Source: Octopus bimaculoides
Lineage: Eukaryota
NCBI RefSeq assembly: GCF_001194135.2
Contig: NC_068983.1
Coordinates: forward strand, 95,609,765 to 95,657,314
DNA: 47,550 bases
Reading direction: 5' to 3'
In this document: positions 12,020 through 23,538 of the stretch, in pieces
How positions within the stretch are numbered: position 1 is the stretch's first letter
Layout: each line of letters begins with the position of its first letter
Notes under the pieces: model-generated
Told to the model about the DNA's origin: nothing
What the model saw: the letters and a program-made list of their open reading frames with translations, nothing else
The model's database searches: none
Translations under genes and position numbers: made by a program

Positions 12020-12155
12020 AGAGAGACAGAGATAAGAAATAAGGATGACAAAGGAATAAAGCAATTATGTTAAGAACACAGCTGCATATANNNNNNNNNN
12101 NNNNNNNNNNNNNNNNNNNNNNNNNNNNNNNNNNNNNNNNNNNNNNNNNNNNNNN

Positions 12156-12200
<45 letters not shown>

Positions 12201-12210
12201 TCAAAATAAA

Positions 12211-12348
12211 TAATCCTTTCTTGTAAAAGCACAAGACCTGAAATTTGTGGGGAGAGGACTAGTCGACTCTAGTGTATTACTAGTACTTAATTTATCGACA
12301 CCAAAATGATGAAAGTCGATCTCAGTAGAATTTTAACTTAGAACGTAA
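12211..12348 (-). mobile_element. SINE family B, first copy of a tandem pair
   Basis: CACAAGACCTGAAATTTGTGGGGAGAGG...TTTATCGAC...TTAGAACGTAAC. Confidence 0.75.
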
Positions 12349-12366
12349 CATATCTAAATAAATAAT

Positions 12367-12568
12367 TATAATGATTTTGAATTGTGGTACAAGGACAGCG
12401 ATTTCGTGGGAGGAGATAGGTCAAACGGTACTTATTCTATCGACCCCAAAAGGATGAAAGGCAAAATCGTTCTCAGCGGAATTTGAACTCAGAGCGTAAA
12501 GAGGGACGACATGCCGCTAAGTATTTATGCCTGGTGTGCTAACGACTCTACTAAACTTGCCGTCTTAA
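12367..12568 (-). mobile_element. SINE family B, second copy of a tandem pair
   Basis: ATCGACCCCAAAAGGATGAAAGGCAAA...GGAATTTGAACTCAGAGCGTAAAG...GCCGCTAAG. Confidence 0.85.
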
Positions 12569-12586
12569 ACTGAGAGTAAATATTAA

Positions 12587-12662
12587 CGACTAAACCTTTG
12601 TAGGCGGAGCACAAGCATAACCAGAGTTCAATGACTGTGACCAGCAAAAGAAGAATAAGAGA
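12587..12662 (+). mobile_element. Decayed SINE family A 3' tail
   Basis: CGACTAAA...GGCGGAGCACAAGCAT...CAATGACTG...AAAAGAAGAATAAGAG. Confidence 0.55.
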
Positions 12663-13318
12663 AGAATGCATACATCTAACTATTTAAAATGTAATAAAAA
12701 AAGAAAAATAATGAAGAACGTTGAGTAAAATGTGATGAACCAGGATATGTCAGTACAGAGGGATAGGAAAGGTGACTGATGAAGTATATCATTTAACAAG
12801 TAACGAAAGATTCTGTAAGGAAACAAAGACGTAGCGATCCGGAGACTGACGGAAATGGGCGAATTATTACAATTATGGCACCAATGATAGTGGAGAGAAA
12901 TAATGTTATAAACAATAAAGGTAGGCGAGGAGAGGAAATGGTGTGAAGTTTTTATTTAAAAAGCTAAAAGGACTTTATGACTGGAATTGCCACTTCATTT
13001 CAAGCTTGCAGACATGGGTCACTAAAGTCAGATTTCTCGTAAAGATGTCAGCTAATGGTATAGCAGTCTCTTTAAAGCCAGTTACATTCTCTCGATCTAT
13101 CGGCAACGAATCACTGAGGTTCAGCTTTTAGGTCCGTATCGATAATAGAAAGTCGACATTTTATGACTGATTTACTTGCAGAAAACTATCCTTCTTTCTT
13201 TCTTTTTTCCTTTCGTTCTTTTCCTTTCTTTCTTTCCTTCTTTCTGTTTTCCATCCTCATGCACATATTCTTTCTCACTGTCTCACTCTCGGATACATAC
13301 ATACATACCTACATACAT

Positions 13319-13380
<62 letters not shown>

Positions 13381-13739
13381 CATATATATGTATACATATA
13401 TACACATACACATTAGATACATGGATGAAAATTTAAGACATTGATTACAAGAATGAGTAAGAAGGAAACAGAGAGGAAATAATTACTGAAAGAAATAGAA
13501 TATATAATACATACATATACATATGTGTAGGTATACTCACACACATATATATATATATTTTGTATATATATACATGTATGTGTAAAATATATGTATGTAA
13601 TTATGTACGCGTATGTATGTGTTGTGTATTTCTATTTCGTTCATTATTGCGCCCTCTTTCTCTTTCTTTCTCACTTCCACTATTGTAATCGATCTGTCTT
13701 AAATAAATTTCTTCTATATCTAACGTGTGTGTGTGTGCG

Positions 13740-13799
<60 letters not shown>

Positions 13800-14010
13800 T
13801 AAGTACAAACTCATTCTCTTTCACTTTTCCGCATCCCTTCTACTTCGCTACTCCTCATCCTCTCGCCCTATATAATTGCTTCTATCTTCGACTCACCTTT
13901 TCTGACTTTGTTGTCTCTCTTTTGTTCTCACTGTATTTTTCTCACACACGCATACAACACTCAATCACACACACAGTCACACAAACGCACAAACACACAT
14001 ATACACACAC

Positions 14011-14054
<44 letters not shown>

Positions 14055-14504
14055 CCTCACCATCTAGTATCTTCCTCACACCCATCTCACATCTTTCCTA
14101 TTTCTTCACTAACTCTTTTACACACATAGTCTAAGCCTTCCCCCCCTCACTTCCTCAAAACAAGACCCTGCACTCCCTCATTATTTCATCTTCCACCCTA
14201 TTCCCTACCTAATATTGTGATTATCCCCCCACCCCTTCATCTCTTTTTGTCTTAACGCCTTCATCTCCACTCCTCTCACTCTCTGCGAATTCTCTTGCGC
14301 CATCTTACACGCTTCCGCCATTTTTTTTTCTGTTTCTTCTCTTTCAATTCTAACTCTATCATTATCTCTATGACAACTTTATATCCAAACTCCTTCATTA
14401 CAAATAACCTCAACTTCGTAGACATGGTAGTAACTTCCACATACTTTTAGTCACATAAACACATCACATTTGAAACCAAACCAACAAGAGAGCCGAACGA
14501 GCTT

Positions 14505-14680
14505 CTCTCTACGCCAAATCTTCCACATATAAAATATAACCGTCTTAAAAGGGAAAAGAATACAACAAATATTATGAACCTGGTTGCAGAACGCCTAAAA
14601 AAGTGGGGAGGGGATGGTAACGCTTAGAATGTCGTTCATCATAGATCTACAGTCTATGTTGTCTTGGGGCTAAATAACGT
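14505..14680. mobile_element. Decayed dispersed repeat family E (reverse orientation relative to the 760-1297 array)
   Basis: CCAAATCTTCC...CCGTCTTAAAAGGGAAAAG...TTGGGGCTAAATAAC, homologous to 16802-17010 and 20558-20660. Confidence 0.5.
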
Positions 14681-14743
14681 TTGGATTTGTGAAACTGAAT
14701 CGGAGTTGTTTATAGACGAAGCAAATGTGATCTTACATGAATA

Positions 14744-15011
14744 ATCTTTTATCTTTTACTTGATTCAGTCATTGGACTTCGGCCATCCTGGGGCACCGTC
14801 CTTTTTTTCTTATTCTTTTAAAGTTCTTTGTAAGTCTTATTCTATCGGACTTTTGACGAACTGCTAAATTAAAGGGGTGTAAATGATGTAACAGCGACTG
14901 TGAAGCAGTGAGACTGGAGGATAAACACATAGACACACACACACACACACACACACATACACACACACACATACGCACGCACACGCACACACACGCACAC
15001 ACACAGACACA

Positions 15012-15047
<36 letters not shown>

Positions 15048-15198
15048 TATATATACGGCGGTCTTCCACATAGTTTCCTTCCATCAAATCCATTCACAAG
15101 GCATAGTAGAAGATATTTGCCCAAAATACGGCGCTGTGAGACTGAGCTCGAGATTACGTGGTTGCAAAGCGGGTTTCTTAACGACACAGTCCTATGCA
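14744..15198 (-). mobile_element. Full-length decayed SINE family A with expanded (CA)n
   Basis: Tail TCTTTTATCTTTTACTTGATTCAGTCATTGGAC at 14745; head AGAAGATATTTGCCCAAA...GTGGTTGCAAAGC at 15110-15170. Confidence 0.8.
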
Positions 15199-16014
15199 TA
15201 AAAGAAAACGAACAACAACTCAAAACACAGGATGTAATGCCTTTGCCCTATTAGACGCTGGCCTGAGGTTAACGACATTTGAAGTTGTAAAGCTGAGACT
15301 GACGAAGTGAAGTGACCCTGGATGCACAATGCCACCTTCACTCAGAAGAAAGTAAACGAAAAGAAAAAAATACGCGTTGTTTCTACTCCTGGATCGCCTT
15401 TGATCATCGTTCTACTCAGTCAGGCTGACTTGGAGTTAAACAATCACTATTCGAAGTTATCAAGTTGGGGCAGTGTTATAGACGAAGTTATAGAGATTTT
15501 ATCCTGCAAGCAAACACCTACATTTGATTTCGAGTTTTCGACTCATAGTTGAATCAGTTACTTTCAATTGAAACTATGATCAAGCTAATGAAAGCCTCTA
15601 CTTGCTCACTTTACATGCTAAAAATAACAGCCTAATTTCTTGTAGACTAACCATTACATAGAATGGAAGGATATATATGTATGTAGTGATAAATATACAA
15701 AAGTATGACGACTGTTGAAATGTTGGACCTGGCACTAGGCAGCAACAACATAAACATTAGATAATCTTGTTTTTCACCGTTTCATACTTACGGCCTTCTC
15801 TGTCATTGCTGTTGTTGTTCATGCATGAGTTTAGGAAATGGATCCTACCCTCTTTCATCAAGTGAATTGCCTGCTCATTGAATTAATACGCAAGTAGCTG
15901 AATACACCCTAGTCACAAATAAATCTTTACCGTAATCCTAGGACAAAATAAACATGACTGTGTATCAAGGCCAGGCCTTATATTTACAAGTGCAATCTAT
16001 CCAATTGTCTTTCT

Positions 16015-16150
16015 TACAATTTCTGTCTACCGAATTTCACTCATAAGGCTTGACCATGACCATGGTAAAAGATTGATGCCAAAGACGTCATGAATTTGGA
16101 CGGAGATGAACTCGGAACATTATGATTGTGAAATGAACTACTTAACCATT
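16015..16150 (-). mobile_element. Decayed SINE family A head and core
   Basis: TTTCTGTCTACCGAATTTCACTCATAAGGC...GATGAACTCGGAACATTATGATTG. Confidence 0.55.
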
Positions 16151-16230
16151 CAGTTTATCGTTATTGGGCGGTGGATTGACAGAATCGTTAGATATATAGA
16201 ATATTTTTTTTTTATACTTAGACTCGATTA

Positions 16231-16292
16231 TTTACGTTGTAAATTCAAATCCCTCCAGGGTCGAATTTACTTTGTATCCTTGCAGAGGTAAT
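16231..16292 (+). mobile_element. Decayed SINE family B fragment
   Basis: TTACGTTGTAAATTCAAATCCCTCCAGGGTCGAATTTACTTTGTATCC aligns with 36312-36360. Confidence 0.5.
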
Positions 16293-16801
16293 AAGAAGAA
16301 GAGACTGAAATAGTTTGTCATGTAACGTTGGTAAATCTCAGGCCACGTCATATAGCGACGAAGAAGTGAACATCTCAGATCTGTGAAGACACGGAGTTAC
16401 CACTTGAAACAAAGGAGAGCAGAATATCCAATGGAAGTAGGGTTGCGATTGTCTTGCCAGCAGAAGAGAGTGGAAAATTCGAAAATGAGAAGAGAAGGAA
16501 CATTTTTTTTTTATCATCAACCTTCATCACAAAATACACGTGAGTATGTTGTGATGATGATTCGTAGATTGTCAGAGAAGAGGTGCAAATTCGTATATAG
16601 TTACGGTAGTTCGGTTTGCGAAGTATAAAGTGATGACTGGTCAGGAGTTGTGGAAGTCAATTTCTTTAGATATGTGGATATATTAATTTGGGTCGTTTAG
16701 GATATTAAAAAATATATTTGGCTGTGATGCTTGGATTGTTCAATTGAGAATGTACATACATATAAGTAGTTTTTCAAATGAAGAGAATAAACCACTGCGA
16801 A

Positions 16802-17010
16802 GCTTCTATGTGGTGACTCAACCTTCTAAAAATAGCAGCCAACTCTCTTTCAATTATAACATACTGTTTAAAAAAGACGGGAAGAATACTTGAAATAATG
16901 TAGCCCTAGGTGGATTATACTCTATAAAAGACCGGATAGTTACGGGTGTAATAACTTTAATCATTTGGGCTATATTAATCACGACAGATTAATATAAGCA
17001 CAAACACTAA
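16802..17010. mobile_element. Dispersed repeat family E (reverse orientation)
   Basis: CTAAAAATAGCAGCCAACTCTCTTTCAA...AAAAAAGACGG...ATAATGTAGCCCTAGG. Confidence 0.6.
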
Positions 17011-17567
17011 CAACCACTGGAACAACCAGCACGACAACCACCAATTCAATCGCCTTTACAACCGACCGCAACAGCAGAAACAGTAGTAGTAGTCATCGTC
17101 ATTTTTCCTCGAATGTTTTTCGCCGTATTTTATTCCTACACGTAGCTAACGCAGTCTATTAAATATCGAATATCTAAAATGGCAACTATGGCATCAGTTA
17201 TTTAATTGACCGCATCATTTTATACTTATTTGGTGGTGCTGGAATTATGGGAAGAAATCAATATTTGATGCTGACATTCTAATACAGGCATCAAAAGATT
17301 CGGCGGACATTCCGTTCAAAAGCCAACCATTTATCACCGAAAGACCAACACACATTCTCAACATTCACAAAATGGAAATTTTCAACAGCTGACAGTTTCT
17401 TTTTAATTTGTTAGTGTGATGAGGTGAGGGGATGTTCTTAATATTAGGCAGGATTAGGTGGAGTAGATGAATGTCTTTTCAGAGAGAGAGGGCAAATGTT
17501 CTAACCAATTTTAGACCCACTTCTTTCTAAACACGATACCTTTACATACCTAGCCCTCTAATGGACC

Positions 17568-17772
17568 AATCCTTTCTTCTAAAGGTGCAAGACCTGAAAT
17601 TTTTGGGGGAGGAAGCTAGTCGGTGCTCAACTGGTATTTATTTTTAACGACCTAGAAAAGATAAAAGGTAAAGTAAACCTCGACGGAATTTGAACTCAGA
17701 ACTTAAAGCCGGAAGAAATGCTGCTAAGTACTTTTGTCCGGCGTGCTAACAACTATGTAACCTCACTGCCTT
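17568..17772 (-). mobile_element. SINE family B, first copy of a tandem pair
   Basis: CAAGACCTGAAATTTTTGGGGGAGG...GGAATTTGAACTCAGAAC...GGCGTGCTAAC. Confidence 0.85.
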
Positions 17773-17776
17773 GGGC

Positions 17777-17995
17777 TAATGGTTTCAAACTTTGGTATAG
17801 GGTTAGCAGTTTTTGAGGGGAAAGTGAAGCTGATTACTTCGATTCCAATGCTTTGCTGGTTTTCATCTCATCAATCCTGGAAGGATGAAAGGCATAGTAG
17901 ACCTCGGTGGAATGTGAACTCAGGCCGTAAAGACGAACAAAATTCCACTAAGCACTCAGTGCGACGTTCTAATGTTCTGCCTACTCACCGCCTTG
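17777..17995 (-). mobile_element. SINE family B, second copy of a tandem pair
   Basis: TAATGGTTTCAAACTTTGG...GGAAGGATGAAAGGC...GACCTCGGTGGAATGTGAACTCAG...CACCGCCTT. Confidence 0.85.
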
Positions 17996-18176
17996 GAATA
18001 ATATTGGCTAGTCTGATGAAGCTGAGTCACTGGCCAGTATATCGTCATCAGCACATAGCTTTATTAATACAGTCTTTCATCATTGCAGTCACTCACTGAT
18101 ACAGTCATCCATGATATATAATTATCTACAAAAAACTAGGCACTCAACGACATTGTCACTTCCGCTGAGTTCTCGT

Positions 18177-18262
18177 CACATGCCCAAAGTGCTGCGTATT
18201 GCGATTGAACCCGAAACTATGTGTTTGGGATTTAAGCTTCTCAGCCATAAAATCCTGTCTAT
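18177..18262 (-). mobile_element. SINE family A head fragment
   Basis: Minus strand AGAAGCTTAAATCCCAAACACATAGTTTCGGGTTCAATC...CTTTGGGCATGT. Confidence 0.65.
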
Positions 18263-18439
18263 GCCACGAGTAATGATTGATGATAGATATAAGTACGTAG
18301 ACAGATATAGATAACTGATAGATAGGCAGATAGGTTGATATATCTGTTAGTATATATGTAAACATATGAATAAGTAGGGAGAAAAAAGGAAACATACAAA
18401 AATGTACATACATACATACACACGCACGCACACACACAC

Positions 18440-18503
<64 letters not shown>

Positions 18504-19511
18504 NNNNNNNNNNNNNNNNNNNNNNNNNNNNNNNNNNNNNNNNNNNNNNNNNNNNNNNNNNNNNNNNNNNNNNNNNNNNNNNNNNNNNNNNNNNNNNNNN
18601 NNNNNNNNNNNNNNNNNNNNNNNNNNNNNNNNNNNNNNNNNNNNNNNNNNNNNNNNNNNNNNNNNNNNNNNNNNNNNNNNNNNNNNNNNNNNNNNNNNNN
18701 NNNNNNNNNNNNNNNNNNNNNNNNNNNNNNNNNNNNNNNNNNNNNNNNNNNNNNNNNNNNNNNNNNNNNNNNNNNNNNNNNNNNNNNNNNNNNNNNNNNN
18801 NNNNNNNNNNNNNNNNNNNNNNNNNNNNNNNNNNNNNNNNNNNNNNNNNNNNNNNNNNNNNNNNNTATATATATATATATATATGACATATTTAATGTAC
18901 GTTGCATGTGTGTGTGTGTGTCGTGCGTTAAGACAGATTCGGTGTGGTAAGCGGCATGTCAAAGAATGAACCCAACATTTCCTCTGCGTGTCGTAAAAGG
19001 CTACTAAAAGAGGTTGTGGTAGATTTTGCATTCCGAACTCGTAAAAACCTCACTAGCAACGACTACCCAAACAGACCCATGGGTTGGAGGGTTATCATCT
19101 GAGTGGTGCAGATGCGTCATCCGCCGAGTGTATTAGGAATCACCAACAAATAGCGGATACAGTGCATACCCCTATAATACTACAACTACTACTACAAATG
19201 ATCTGGCCTGGAGGTTGGCTTGAAGAAAACGTTGACCATTTATTGTCTTAATATCTTGTTAGATTGTAAAAGGGTCGAGGACACATAATTATTGTGCTTT
19301 CAACATATACTATTTTAATACAGCCTCGATTAAGGTATGTAATATAATATTCTGCCTTACGTGTTATATCATTCCAAGTACAACACCGACTTTCTGGACA
19401 TTACTCCACACTTATTTACAAGGACTTCAAATTGCCACAGACGTCCGGCTAGTTTAGTATAGTATCAATAGACTTGTATTATTTATATCAATATAGCTGT
19501 ATTTCGTTTAA

Positions 19512-19565
19512 TTCTTTTATTCTTTTACTTGTTTCAGGCATTTGACTGCGGTAATGTTGGAACAT
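19512..19565 (-). mobile_element. SINE family A 3' tail fragment
   Basis: TTCTTTTATTCTTTTACTTGTTTCAGGCATTTGACTGCGG...ATGTTGGAACA. Confidence 0.7.
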
Positions 19566-19837
19566 GTGGTTTAGAAATTTAAATGAATTCAATATTTGTT
19601 TAATTTGGAGTATGATTACCTCCGATTCGGAAAAATCAACGAACCGGCATGGCTTTGAAACCAAAGGTCCCGAAAATTGATATTGTACCTGTACTATGTT
19701 ATAGAGTACATCACCATTACGCTATACTGTGTGTCATCAATATAGCATACAGAACATTACCTTGTGATACAGAGTCTATTACTCTATGATACATACTATG
19801 TCCACCCTTATGATACAGAATATATGATACTACATAA

Positions 19838-19973
19838 CACAAGGCCAGCAATTTCAGGAGAGGAGAAAGTCGATTACATTGACCCCGGAATTTGAACTCA
19901 GAACGTAAGGACAGACAAAATACTGTTAAGCATTTTGTCCGGCGTGCTAACGATTTTCGCAGCTCGCCGCTTT
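19838..19973 (-). mobile_element. SINE family B with internal deletion, first copy of a tandem pair
   Basis: ACAAGGCCAGCAATTTC...GTCGATTACATTGACCCC joined directly to GGAATTTGAACTCAGAACGTAA. Confidence 0.85.
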
Positions 19974-19989
19974 CGTATAACACATTATA

Positions 19990-20194
19990 TTGTTTTAAAA
20001 TTTTGGCATAAAACCAGCAATTTATGGGAGGAGATAAGTCGATTACATCGACCCCAGTGCTCAACTAGTACTTATTTTATCAACCCCGAAAGGAAAAGGA
20101 TGAAGGGCAAGGTCAACCTCAACGAAATTTGAACTCAGAAACGGCGTTAAGCATTTTGCTCGGCATGCTAAAGATTTTGCCAGCTCACCGCCTT
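19990..20194 (-). mobile_element. SINE family B, second copy of a tandem pair
   Basis: GTCGATTACATCGACCCCAGTGCTCAACT...TTTGAACTCAGAA...GCCAGCTCACCGCCTTA. Confidence 0.9.
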
Positions 20195-20557
20195 ACATAC
20201 GAAGCTGAAAGATTCATAGGCTATCTATGAAGAAACATGCAGTTATTAATAAGAAAGGTTGAAATTAATGCATGCAAGATTTCACAGCTCTAGCATCACT
20301 CCTTCATAGTCAGCCTATAAACTTTTCAGCCCACTCTCGCATAACACGCTCTTTTGCTTCAGTCTTCACGTTGCATTACAGTGAATTATACACTGTATTA
20401 AAACTACGTGATTCATATATTACGCAATCATCGTATGATACGCTATGCAATAGAAAAGGGCACGTTAGATAATGTAGCCTGAAATGAATAGACGTGTTAA
20501 TCTCGAGTAACCGAAAGTGAAACGACATAAAATATGAAGCCAGCAATGGAATATCTT

Positions 20558-20660
20558 CTAGAAATAGCAACCAAATCTCCCTCAAATCCTACCCTGCCAT
20601 CTTCAAAAAGGAAGGACACATTCGATAGAACAGTTCTAACTATATATTTTTTCTTGAGCG
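20558..20660. mobile_element. Dispersed repeat family E fragment (reverse orientation)
   Basis: CTAGAAATAGCAACCAAATCTCCCTCAAATCCTACCCTGCCATCTTCAAAAAGGAAGGACACATT. Confidence 0.7.
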
Positions 20661-20740
20661 TTCGAACTAATACAGTGGCAGAAATCACATCATTTCTCTG
20701 AACGGAACGACAGTCCGTTGCAGGATTCAAGAATTACAAC

Positions 20741-20931
20741 TTGAGGGGAGTGGGGACAAGTCAACTACATCGACTCCAGTACTTGACTGATACTTTATTT
20801 TACAAACCCCGAAAGGATGAAAGCAAAACTCGGTTTCAGAACGTGAAGAATAACAAAAAAAAAAAAGAAAAAAAAAGTGCGCTAAGCATTTTGTCTAACG
20901 TGCTAACGATTCTGTCAGTTCGTCGCCTTAG
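20741..20931 (-). mobile_element. SINE family B
   Basis: ACCCCGAAAGGATGAAAGCAAA...GCTAAGCATTTTG...GTGCTAACGATTCTG...CGCCTTAG. Confidence 0.85.
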
Positions 20932-21361
20932 TCCTAAGTACACAAGTTGAAAAAAAAATGACAGAATAGACACATTTCAAACATCTTTAAACCTTTTGAG
21001 ATACACGGTGTTTTGGTATGTGTAGCCAAAAAGACCAAAATGTTTTTTTTTTTTTTGGCTGAGATTGAAATTGATGGGTGCATGTAGAAAACAAAGGATA
21101 AAGTGCCTAAAACTATTTTATTAGTATGTAAGACTACATATATTATACAGTTTTATATTATATCTACTGAAAGACTATTTCTGATTGGCTATTACGCTTC
21201 AAAACGTTTGTTTCATCGGGCCCATAAATCTGCCTCAAAGTCCTTCCAGCTTGTATCTCTTGGGCCGATCAACCGGCCCATATGTCCCAAGAAGGTCAAT
21301 TATAGATGTACATGCAGAGATTGATTCCTGTCCTCATAATAAGTTGAAATTATATTGCTTT

Positions 21362-21571
21362 CATGTTTTGTCACAAGACCAGCAATTTCGGGAGAGGGAT
21401 AGGTCGATTAGATCGAGCCCAGTGCTCAACTGGTACTTTATTTTATCGACTCCGAAAGGATGAAAGGCAAAGTCGACCTCGGTGGAATTTGAACTCAGAA
21501 CGTAACGGCAGACGAAATACCTCTAAACATTTCGCCCGGGTTGCTAAAGTTTCTGATAGCTTGCCGCCTTA
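21362..21571 (-). mobile_element. Full-length SINE family B (best-preserved minus copy)
   Basis: TTTTATCGACTCCGAAAGGATGAAAGGCAAAGTCGACCTCGGTGGAATTTGAACTCAGAACGTAA; the minus strand gives a tRNA-like head with B box GAGTTCAAATTCC. Confidence 0.92.
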
Positions 21572-21920
21572 GTCTTAGATATACAATTTGACAAAAAAGT
21601 TCATAGAATAGGTACATCTGAAACATCTTTAATTATAGATGCACTGCATGTCTGTTACTGTATGTCACATACTATATCACTACTTTGTTAGACATATGGT
21701 TGTCTGCCGTACCGAGATCGATTTCTCTCCTCATAAGAAGTTGAAACTCTATCTCTACCACTAATGTTACGACAGCATATTATAAGAATGAGTCAACTTA
21801 ATATATTGTAGGTCCCACCTAACCAACTAGAACCCTGTGTCTTTCAGCACAATTCTTTCTGCTTACATATACTGATATCCATCAGATAAATAAATATAGA
21901 TAGCAAGATAAATAAATATA

Positions 21921-22400
21921 TAAACCGACGCATCTGTTCGTTCGGCCATCTGACAGCCGCCGCTCACACAGAGAGGTGATACCATTGATTTATAGTTGAA
22001 AGCCGTAATTGTCGTTGCACTGAAAACTAAGACGATTTTAGATGCTCTTATATATTTTTTTTTTATCCACCCTTTTTTTTTTTTTATTAAAGCACACCCC
22101 GATACAATTATGACTAATCGTTCACTCCGCCTCTTTGATTTGAACCACCGCCACCATCAACCACTTAAATAAATAGATGTTCCGGGCCGAAAGTTTGTTT
22201 CTTGCTGGTAATTTAATCAGCAAGGTTTCATCGTGGCGAAAATCAACTTCGCCCCTGCAGTAGGGCGAACTGAGTGTAACTGTCGTTCAAATCAGTCGGG
22301 TGTGTTTGATGCGCATGATGGAGGAAACAGACCGAACTGTCAGCTATATTTGACGTTGGCAGGCCAAGCTAAATACGACTTAATAAAACATTCATTTAGT
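21921..22400. promoter_or_regulatory. CpG-enriched unique island, enhancer- or promoter-like
   Basis: 6 CpG in 21921-21965 and 8 in 22231-22340; two CATCTG E-boxes plus TGACAG at 21931-21956; 7-bp hairpin TTCGCCC/GGGCGAA at 22248-22269. Confidence 0.3.
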
Positions 22401-23085
22401 TTGAATGTTATTTGCCTTGTTTATCTAATCTATTTTCTATAAGGGAGACTAAGATAAACATCTCGACTCCGCTAAAAGCTGTCGAAAGCTATTAAATATG
22501 CTTTACTAAAGTTTGAAAACAACGAAACTCCATGTTTATTGTTATTTTATATTATTTCTTTTTCTTGTAGTGTTATGTTTATATTTGTTTATGTTTATAT
22601 CTATATATTTATGTATTTTTCTTTTGTTATTTTTGCTATTTGTCCCGGTGCAACTCTTATAGTTTATATTCCTGTCTCCCACCTATTCTAAGAAGCAGAT
22701 GTTTTATTTTCATCGCTTGTAGCTTGGAATAAAGTCAGAGGAACTTGCACCCGTTAGCCTGACATAGAGCCGAGGGTGTTCCTATAATCTTATCACTGAA
22801 AATTAGACTGAATTATGGAATGTTGAGAGGAAAATGAGTTGGAAAAAGGGCAACAGCGTACTTTCAAGATGGTGGCATTTCAGTTTTGTTGAAAGCTTTG
22901 ACTGTGATAGTGTGGAAAGGGGTGGTAGCTGTTTACACTAAAGTACTTAAGAAACATACCATCTCCACAGTAATCCACTAACTCAATCCTTTATATTAAT
23001 TCTTTTTGTGAAAAAAAAAAACAAACAAAAACAAAAACAATAACGTAGGGCTAGTATTCATTTTTGGTTTCTTCAACTTTAATTG

Positions 23086-23144
23086 AATGGGAGATAAATG
23101 GCGACTGCGTAGAAGTTAGACTATCACAGTTAACTTTCCCCATT
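23086..23144 (+). ncRNA. Candidate miR-2-family-like hairpin
   Basis: 3' arm TATCACAGTTAACTTTCCCCAT (23122-23143) has seed AUCACAG and matches miR-2 at 13 of the first 16 nt; about 18 of 22 nt can pair with 23087-23111, but with several bulges. Confidence 0.25.
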
Positions 23145-23538
23145 AGATCTGTAATTTTTTTTCTGATTATTAAATCCACTAAACCCCATAAGAAAATGTT
23201 ATGCTCAAATATATAACGAAACATTTACAAGTTACAGTTTGTAGATTCAGATCTCTGGTAGTAGCTTTTGAAAGAACCAGCTTCTAGGATAATATTAATT
23301 GATGTTGAGATGAACATCAACAGCTAGGACTATGGACATGTTTGGTACGGGGTTAGATTCAAGTTGACAACTCCATGGGTAAATAAGAGGAGGAGAAGGT
23401 GCAGTGCCCAACCTTTTTTTTGCGGGGACTCTTGACTAATTGGATGAAAAGGGGGAAATATTTAAGTATCTTCATACTGGGGATCTTAGTAGAATGTATA
23501 AAACTGAGCAGATTCGGCAAAAAGATCAAGGACCAGCA

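Noticed and set aside
18981-19013. CCTCT...AGAGG hairpin resembling a retroelement 5' structure or HDV-like ribozyme
   Set aside because: No P1 partner or nested pseudoknot could be built; probably a repeat fragment I cannot classify.
21935-21946. 12-nt match to miR-375 (TGTTCGTTCGGC)
   Set aside because: The seed position differs and there is no complementary arm nearby.
22890-22915. miR-2-like TATCACAG on the minus strand (CTGTGATA at 22902-22909)
   Set aside because: No adjacent hairpin partner; at most a K-box-type seed match expected by chance.
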